A stretch of DNA of 4,891 bases from a virus (lineage: Duplodnaviria > Heunggongvirae > Uroviricota > Caudoviricetes), in the IMG/VR virus record IMGVR_UViG_2585427789_000012; one strand, 5' to 3'. Positions 1-4,651 of this stretch are shown here, piece by piece. The position numbers and the translations under genes were made by a program. The notes under the pieces are model-generated. The model did not search any database, was not told the origin of the DNA, and was given only the letters and a program-made list of their open reading frames with translations. Position 1 is the stretch's first letter. Every line of letters starts with the position of its first letter.

Positions 1-265
1 GCGTTTCCCCGTTCTGGCCTGTCCACTGGCTCACCTGCATGTTACCCGCCACGCTCACCAGTTCGCCTTTGTGGTGTTTTGCCAGTGCGTCGGCCTGTCT
101 GCCAAACGCCAGGACAGATAACCACATCGTCGCCGTTCCGTCATCTGCCTGGCTGCACGGCAGGGGAACCGCCATACTCGCCATCGCCATTTGTGTCCCT
201 TTGCTGGTGGTCTTTAACTGCGGGTCAGCCACCAGCCGCCCGTAAGCCGCTATCTGTGCTGTCAT
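1..265 (-). CDS. Partial CDS (N-terminal 88 codons; gene continues past the window start): SSB-like OB-fold single-stranded-DNA-binding protein
   Basis: Minus-strand frame is open from ATG at 265-263 to the window edge; it is absent from the ORF track because it has no stop in the window. Translation MTAQIAAYGRLVADPQLKTTSKGTQMAMASMAV...WLSVLAFGRQADALAKHHKGELVSVAGNMQVSQWTGQNGE aligns by eye to E. coli SSB at the conserved G.L..DP...W..V..FG..A...KG..V...G...WT.Q.G positions. The ATG overlaps the stop of the upstream ORF (ATGA at 262-265). Confidence 0.6.
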   Translation of the reverse strand, partial: MTAQIAAYGRLVADPQLKTTSKGTQMAMASMAVPLPCSQADDGTATMWLSVLAFGRQADALAKHHKGELVSVAGNMQVSQWTGQNGET

Positions 266-507
266 GCTGTCTGCTCTCCGGTTTTAACGTTGATGGTTGT
301 CACCTGTTCCGCTTCGGCAATCTCCCGTTCTGTCAGCGTGGCAAAGTTTGCCGCTGCCGTGGTCATGAATGCGCTTACCAGTTCGGGATGTGCTTTTGCG
401 TACCCTTCTCCCGCGTTGCGGTCGATGATTTTTATCGCCACCCTCAGCCAGTGTTCTGTCAAATCAAGGGCGTGAGATTGTGGTTTTTTTGCGTGCTTCG
501 TTGTCAC
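262..507 (-). CDS. Hypothetical protein, 81 aa
   Basis: ORF with GTG start at 507-505, preceded by SD GAGGT (515-519 on the minus strand) at 7-nt spacing. Its stop is coupled to the SSB-like start. No family recognised. Confidence 0.5.
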   Translation of the reverse strand: MTTKHAKKPQSHALDLTEHWLRVAIKIIDRNAGEGYAKAHPELVSAFMTTAAANFATLTEREIAEAEQVTTINVKTGEQTA

Positions 508-551
508 AGGCTTTACCTCACAGCAATAAAATAAAATTTTTGCATTTTAAC

Positions 552-781
552 CCTTCACCTGTTCACCTTTTGAGATTTTCCCTTTTTATTCATAATGTTA
601 AGGGGTGAACAGTTTCACAAAAACTATTCACCAACTGTTCACCACTGTTCACCCTTAAAGCTCAATAAATAATCAAAAAGGTGAACAGTGAATAGTTTGG
701 TGAACAGTTCACAAATAACTGTTCACCCTATAATGTACTGATATAAAAGATATTTATAACAGGGTGAACAGTGGTGAACAG
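552..781. repeat. Iteron array: nine perfect copies of CTGTTCACC/GGTGAACAG plus degenerate copies; crr/ori-like replication element
   Basis: CTGTTCACC at 559-567, 635-643, 645-653 and 719-727. The inverse GGTGAACAG at 604-612, 680-688, 699-707, 763-771 and 773-781. Degenerate copies at 552-559, 613-618, 627-632, 688-695 and 708-712. An AT-rich stretch (728-762) sits inside the array, which lies directly downstream of the replication gene. Confidence 0.8.
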
Positions 782-794
782 TTATTCCATAAGT

Positions 795-2609
795 TTAATT
801 TTTGCTGTCGTCATTTGTGACCGATGCACATGATGGCATCCAGTCTTCTGAATCCTCTGTCAGTGTCACATTTGAACGCAAACCGTGCTTCGTTTTCCGT
901 TTTATATACTCCCTGCCATATTCCGCCATTGCCCCCGGCATATCTTTACCGAAGCGCGTCAGTGTTACAGGTTTACCGAATCCGTGTGCCCTCATATATG
1001 CCAGATAGGCGTGATAAAGATACCTGCGCGGACTGAACGGAATAATTTCGGCATTACCCACTAACAGACCATCACACATTACCGACGACATGAGATAGCC
1101 ACAGAAGTCCACCAGCGAATCGCCCTCGCGTTTTATCACCAGAGCTTCTTCTGATTTCTGCTGCTCATACAGCAGGCGTTTAGCTTCGTCCTGGTCAGAA
1201 AAACGAGTAAGCAGATGGCGAATCACAACCGCCAGCTCTCCTTCTATTTTTTCTGCCAGCATGGGGTCGCGCTCGTTCTCCGGTACAACCTCCGAAAAAT
1301 TGAATATCACCCGACGACGTGAGATCCCCCCGCTGCGGTCACTGAATGACATGGCGTTATTGTTCACCGCCAGCACGACCGCCTGAATGCGTGTTGAGTA
1401 GGGGGCTTTATGCTTCGGGTCGATTGCCACCTTGTCACCGCCTGTAATAGCCTTAATTCCTGCGCCATCACCAGCGTAGCGGGTCATATCCGGCATGATA
1501 ATCAGCGAAAAGCCAACCACTAACGCGCGTTCCCTTGCATCTTCCAGCGCCTTCATGCTTGCCGATACTGTGTTGGCCTTACCCGCCAGCATGGTGCAAA
1601 TCTCCGCCATCACGCTTTTACCACTTCCCCCTGGACCTGTTACCTCAATGAATAACTGCCAGTCGTACCGGTTCGCCAGCACCATGAATAATGCAGCCAG
1701 CACGCGATCCGTCTTGCGGTCATTCTCTGCCACCGAGCAGCGTAACCACTTCCAGAAATTCGGCGCATGTGTTGCCAGCGTTTCCCCCTCTGCTGGTGGG
1801 CTGAAAGGTAATTCACTGGCAATTAACAACCAGTCGTTTTTGTTATGCTCCCGAAAATTACCTGTTCTGGTATCAAATACCCCGTTACTGAATCCAATCA
1901 GGTTACGGGCTGTATTCCCCATTACAGGCAAACTTAACTTCATGGTATCGACCGCCGATTTAATGGCGTTCTGCGAATAGCTGATCTCCGCATCAATGAA
2001 AATCTGCGCCATAGCACGCTGTAACTCTTTATCCTGAATCGGCTCCCATACAACGCCGTTGTAATGGTGAACAGTGTCAGAGTCGGCATGAATCGCCAGT
2101 TCACCGCCATAATGTGCCAGGAGAACTTCGCCGCGCTGGCTTGCTCCCATCTGGTTAAGCGCCAGTGGTGCGGCGCTGTCTTCTGTTTTTTTCTTAACAG
2201 GAAGCTGAATCACCAGACCATCAGAAAGATTCTGGCGCTCACGGGCCAGATATTCGCGCCAGTTCTGCACCTCCTGGCCGTGCATACCCTCAGGATAAAA
2301 ATTTGCATCCTGTACGCCTGCCGCCGCCAGCTTCTGACCAATCGCCTTTATCATTACTGGCGCAAGATATCCGGCCCTGAATATGCGCACGGATTTTCTG
2401 CCTTCCGGCACAATTTGCAGCTTATCCAGTTCGGATAACTGCTGCTCCCCAAGCCACACAGGAGGCTCATTATCTCCGGCCATACGCGCGTCATGTTCCT
2501 GCCATTGTTTTGCGTGTGACCAGGCATCACTACCCGCAAAAATAATGACTTCTGTTTCTTTGTGTTTTATGCCGCGTGACTGCTGTTTTACGTTCGGTGC
2601 CAGTTTCAT
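795..2609 (-). CDS. P4 alpha-family replication protein (D5_N-like region plus SF3-type P-loop NTPase; 'phage/plasmid primase, P4 family' C-terminal type), 604 aa
   Basis: Walker A VTGPGGSGKS near residue 325, followed by ITGGDKVAIDPKHK...NNNAMSFSDRSGGISRRRVIFNF, which is typical of P4-alpha/D5 helicase cores. SD AGGGG lies 6 nt upstream and the ATG overlaps the upstream stop (ATGA at 2606-2609). The first ~300 residues contain no Cys, so no zinc ribbon is present. Confidence 0.88.
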   Translation of the reverse strand: MKLAPNVKQQSRGIKHKETEVIIFAGSDAWSHAKQWQEHDARMAGDNEPPVWLGEQQLSELDKLQIVPEGRKSVRIFRAGYLAPVMIKAIGQKLAAAGVQDANFYPEGMHGQEVQNWREYLARERQNLSDGLVIQLPVKKKTEDSAAPLALNQMGASQRGEVLLAHYGGELAIHADSDTVHHYNGVVWEPIQDKELQRAMAQIFIDAEISYSQNAIKSAVDTMKLSLPVMGNTARNLIGFSNGVFDTRTGNFREHNKNDWLLIASELPFSPPAEGETLATHAPNFWKWLRCSVAENDRKTDRVLAALFMVLANRYDWQLFIEVTGPGGSGKSVMAEICTMLAGKANTVSASMKALEDARERALVVGFSLIIMPDMTRYAGDGAGIKAITGGDKVAIDPKHKAPYSTRIQAVVLAVNNNAMSFSDRSGGISRRRVIFNFSEVVPENERDPMLAEKIEGELAVVIRHLLTRFSDQDEAKRLLYEQQKSEEALVIKREGDSLVDFCGYLMSSVMCDGLLVGNAEIIPFSPRRYLYHAYLAYMRAHGFGKPVTLTRFGKDMPGAMAEYGREYIKRKTKHGLRSNVTLTEDSEDWMPSCASVTNDDSKN

Positions 2610-2905
2610 TTTTTACCCCTGAATCCGTTAATCATGGTTTTCAGCTTCTGGATGTTTGCCCGTGCCCTGGCGTTGCTGGTGGACACGTTATGCGGCGCGG
2701 TCTGTACCAGAGAAAAATCACGCCGGAACTGATAAACAGGCATCACGCAATCATATTCGTAACCTTCACGGCGGTAGGTTACGCGCCGTTCTTCCACGTC
2801 CTTAATCATTACCGTGCCGCCGTACTGGTCGCGGTAAATATCGCCGCGCGTAAATTTAGGGTGAGTGTTGCCACTGGCAGTTAAGCCAGAATATTTAAGT
2901 TTCAT
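2606..2905 (-). CDS. Hypothetical protein, 99 aa, translationally coupled to the replication gene
   Basis: ATG at 2905 with SD GGAG 10 nt upstream; stop overlaps the alpha-like start. No family recognised. Confidence 0.6.
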   Translation of the reverse strand: MKLKYSGLTASGNTHPKFTRGDIYRDQYGGTVMIKDVEERRVTYRREGYEYDCVMPVYQFRRDFSLVQTAPHNVSTSNARARANIQKLKTMINGFRGKK

Positions 2906-2910
2906 TATTT

Positions 2911-3144
2911 TTATTCTCCGGTGTGCTGTTCTTTATATCTGTCGTGCAATAGATCTATTTCTTGCAGTTCCATTATTACAGGCTCAAGAAGCGTTATTAA
3001 TGCCGTGGCAATTCTTGATTTTTGTTTGTCGCGTTCATTGTCGCCAAGTGTTTCAAGCCATATGCGCAATATTTCCAGCATGTTTTCACTGTGAGAAAGT
3101 GCAAGAAATGCGCGGCCTATTGTTTCGTGGTAAATATCACGCAT
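2911..3144 (-). CDS. Hypothetical protein, 77 aa (predicted helical)
   Basis: ATG at 3144 with SD GAGGA 8 nt upstream; it overlaps the stop of the upstream ORF by 8 nt (3137-3144). Its stop at 2911-2913 is 5 nt from the next start. Confidence 0.6.
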   Translation of the reverse strand: MRDIYHETIGRAFLALSHSENMLEILRIWLETLGDNERDKQKSRIATALITLLEPVIMELQEIDLLHDRYKEQHTGE

Positions 3145-3397
3145 GGCTTACATCCTCAGGAAATTTTCTTCTATAACGCGCCTCTGCCACATATTCCGCA
3201 TAATCGGCGGCGATATTCAGTACATCAAGCCCCGTTGATTTATATTCTCTCGTGGAAAGTAAGAAAAAAGCCGCTCTAATAAGCTCTGGCATTGACGAAA
3301 GCGCATCAGCCGCATCATCAGGAACGCCGGAAAATTCCTGTTTCAGGGAATTAAAACGATCATCACGCATAACCCCCCCCATTTTCACAATCAGCAA
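3137..3397 (-). CDS. Hypothetical protein; 86 aa from the TTG at 3397, more likely 77 aa from the ATG at 3370 (alternative ATG at 3382)
   Basis: The ATG at 3370 gives the same 8-nt ATGCGTGA start/stop overlap seen at 3137-3144 and is preceded by the G8 tract (3373-3380 on the minus strand) acting as an SD-like element. The N-terminus is therefore ambiguous. Confidence 0.55.
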   Translation of the reverse strand: MLIVKMGGVMRDDRFNSLKQEFSGVPDDAADALSSMPELIRAAFFLLSTREYKSTGLDVLNIAADYAEYVAEARYRRKFPEDVSHA

Positions 3398-3602
3398 TCA
3401 GGATGGCTTTAGCCTCATTCAGCGCCATATCAGCACTAAATTGCATAAGAGCCAGTGAGTGAGGAACGAAAGCCCCGGTATATTCTGTTTCGCTGGTGGC
3501 GTGCTTATGCGCCTTGTCTGCGATAACAGAAATATCAATCAGCGCGTGCATCAGCGTTTTGATGGCTTCGGCGGCTGCGTCCGGTGTGGTTTTATTGTGC
3601 AT
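3363..3602 (-). CDS. Hypothetical protein, 79 aa
   Basis: ATG at 3602 with SD-like GGGGGA 6-7 nt upstream; it overlaps the stop of the upstream gene by 11 nt. The C-terminal codons run through the G8 homopolymer. Confidence 0.6.
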   Translation of the reverse strand: MHNKTTPDAAAEAIKTLMHALIDISVIADKAHKHATSETEYTGAFVPHSLALMQFSADMALNEAKAILIADCENGGGYA

Positions 3603-3798
3603 AGGTTTCCCCCTGGCGAATACGGGCGGCGAATACCATCACGCAGCCATCAGGAGATTGCTGACGCGCTTCCTGTTCGCTGGTGGCCTCAATGGTAATC
3701 ACGCGCGGTTGTGCCGTGCTCAGGGCGATAAAACGCCAGATGTATTTATTCAGGTTGTACGAGTCCCGCCCTTGCGGGTGTCTGGTATAATTTCTCAT
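3592..3798 (-). CDS. Small protein, 68 aa, first gene of the leftward operon; possibly Icd-like (host cell-division inhibitor family)
   Basis: ATG at 3798 with SD GAGG at 5-nt spacing. It is the C-terminal 68 codons of the 382-aa track ORF (MRNYTRHPQGRDSYNLNKYIWRFIALSTAQPRVITIEATSEQEARQQSPDGCVMVFAARIRQGETYAQ). The Icd-like label is from recalled annotations of P4-like prophages and is not verified. Confidence 0.55.
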   Translation of the reverse strand: MRNYTRHPQGRDSYNLNKYIWRFIALSTAQPRVITIEATSEQEARQQSPDGCVMVFAARIRQGETYAQ

Positions 3799-3905
3799 AG
3801 CTGCCTCGATACTTCTGCTATCGTTGGTGGTTAGACGCCCTGCATGTGTTGCGAGCACTGCGGGGCGTTGCTTAATTTGAGTGACAAAACTCAAACTGTG
3901 CGCAC

Positions 3906-3935
3906 AGATTAAAATCATGTGTGCGCACATGTCAA
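3906..3935 (-). promoter_or_regulatory. Candidate leftward early promoter (-35 TTGACA at 3935-3930; -10 TAATCT at 3911-3906, 18-bp spacer)
   Basis: Perfect -35 hexamer on the minus strand with a moderate -10; predicted start near 3899, giving a ~100-nt leader before the ATG at 3798. Confidence 0.4.
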
Positions 3936-3938
3936 TAC

Positions 3939-3967
3939 TTAACATCTCATTTTTTTTGCTGTATTGT
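3939..3967 (+). promoter_or_regulatory. Candidate rightward promoter (-35 TTAACA at 3939-3944; -10 TATTGT at 3962-3967, 17-bp spacer)
   Basis: Sigma70-like hexamers read by eye, positioned divergently from the leftward promoter and upstream of the ATG at 4004. Confidence 0.3.
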
Positions 3968-4003
3968 GTGCGCCCATAAAGTCCATTTAAGTGAGGTGCA
4001 TCA

Positions 4004-4201
4004 ATGTCTAGCGGTAACACAAACAACAAATCAGCAAAGAAAAATATTCGATTCCCACATGAGCTTATAGATGGGATTGATGCCAGCGTTGAACAAGAAA
4101 AATTAACTAATCCTAGTGCTAATTTTTCCGCATGGGTCTTAGATGCCTGTGGACGCAAATTAAAATATGAACAGCGCCGGAAGGCCAAAGAATCAGAATA
4201 A
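4004..4201 (+). CDS. Small DNA-binding protein, 65 aa; putative ribbon-helix-helix (CopG/Arc/ParD-like) regulator
   Basis: SD AGGT 6 nt upstream of the ATG. KKNIRFPHELIDGIDASVEQEKLTNPSANFSAWVLDA fits the RHH pattern of an N-terminal beta-strand followed by two helices. It is divergent from the early operon and next to the palindromic operators. Confidence 0.5.
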   Translation: MSSGNTNNKSAKKNIRFPHELIDGIDASVEQEKLTNPSANFSAWVLDACGRKLKYEQRRKAKESE

Positions 4202-4243
4202 TCACTATCAGCGCCGTGGTGTGAGTAACTACGGCGCATTGCT

Positions 4244-4432
4244 ATGCAGGGCAACACAATGACCGATAAAGAATTGACCAAAACATTATCACCGACACGG
4301 AAAAGACGGCGCAGAAAGATAGAGCATGAATCAGAAAGATTCGCACCTTGTTCGTTTGCTCTTGAGAAATTCCTTAAAGAGCGCAGGAAAAAACTCTCGT
4401 TGCAAACCTTGGAACGAACCAAATCTGACTGA
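4244..4432 (+). CDS. Hypothetical very basic small protein, 62 aa (or 57 aa from the ATG at 4259)
   Basis: ORF containing TRKRRRRK; weak SD for the 4244 start, AGGG 9 nt upstream of the 4259 start. A terminator follows. Coding status is uncertain. Confidence 0.3.
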   Translation: MQGNTMTDKELTKTLSPTRKRRRRKIEHESERFAPCSFALEKFLKERRKKLSLQTLERTKSD

Positions 4433-4498
4433 TCACATTGCCCACCAGCCGCAAATGTGGCATTGTTGGTGATGCTTTTGTTTTCCCTTGTTCCCACT

Positions 4499-4527
4499 GG
4501 CGACCCTTTTGCGGTCGCCTTTGTTTT
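4499..4527 (+). terminator. Rho-independent terminator (stem GGCGACC/GGTCGCC, 7-nt loop, TTTGTTTT tail)
   Basis: Perfect 7-bp GC-rich stem at 4499-4505 and 4513-4519, followed by a U-tract at 4520-4527. A weaker bulged hairpin with a U-rich tail precedes it at 4443-4484. The reverse complement has no U-tract, so it is + strand specific. Confidence 0.65.
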
Positions 4528-4565
4528 GCCTGTTATCCGGCAATAGTGGCGCTTCACCACACGGT

Positions 4566-4574
4566 TGATATAAT
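4566..4574 (+). promoter_or_regulatory. Extended -10 promoter element TGATATAAT
   Basis: Perfect TATAAT at 4569-4574 with TG at 4566-4567; no good -35, which extended -10 promoters can lack. Predicted start near 4581. Confidence 0.4.
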
Positions 4575-4580
4575 TCCCCT

Positions 4581-4651
4581 GCACTGATCCATTTTTTTCG
4601 CAGCAGGTTAATTGTTCAGAAAGGCGGTTCCTTATCGGGGCCGCTTTTTTT
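4581..4651 (+). ncRNA. Candidate ~70-nt small RNA (from the extended -10 promoter to an intrinsic terminator)
   Basis: Predicted start near 4581. Terminator hairpin GCGGTTCC (4624-4631), loop TTATC, GGGGCCGC (4637-4644; two G-U pairs), then T7 (4645-4651). No ORF of note lies between them. Confidence 0.3.
4624..4651 (+). terminator. Rho-independent terminator (8-bp stem, 5-nt loop, T7 tail)
   Basis: Stem GCGGTTCC/GGGGCCGC with two wobble pairs, followed by TTTTTTT at 4645-4651. Confidence 0.55.

Larger units (their letters stand above)
3896..3976. promoter_or_regulatory. Operator-like palindromes: TGTGCGCACA at 3897-3906 and 3920-3929, with a degenerate third copy TGTGCGCCCA at 3967-3976
   Basis: Two perfect 10-bp palindromes with centres 23 bp apart, and a third degenerate site 47 bp further on. 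They overlap the predicted -10 and spacer of the leftward promoter and the -10 of the rightward promoter. Confidence 0.55.

Noticed and set aside
39-534. Plus-strand ORFs 39..245, 79..534 and 290..475
   Set aside because: They are antisense to the SSB-like gene and the 81-aa ORF, which have better support (OB-fold motif pattern, SD, ATGA coupling). No RBS or family signal on the plus-strand versions.
552-781. CRISPR array
   Set aside because: The repeats are 8-9 bp, occur in both orientations with irregular spacing and have no spacer-like unique units. They are iterons, not CRISPR repeats.
802-2622. ORFs embedded in or antisense to the alpha-like gene (802..1008, 824..1036, 1495..1980, 2064..2438, 2383..2622 on +; 1640..1822 and 2354..2539 on -)
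   Set aside because: Shadow or alternative-frame ORFs inside a well-supported 604-aa gene with clear conserved motifs.
2606-2905. Toprim-like EGYxxD motif (REGYEYD) in the 99-aa ORF as a split primase domain
   Set aside because: The spacing does not match the EGYxxD/EGYATA signature, the ORF is far too short for a Toprim fold, and there is no Zn-ribbon Cys cluster.
2576-3834. Plus-strand ORFs antisense to the small-gene operon (2576..2884, 2865..3176, 3022..3279, 3252..3458, 3459..3698, 3496..3834)
   Set aside because: They overlap the coupled minus-strand ORFs, which have consistent SD sequences and stop/start overlaps. The plus-strand frames lack RBSs and overlap one another.
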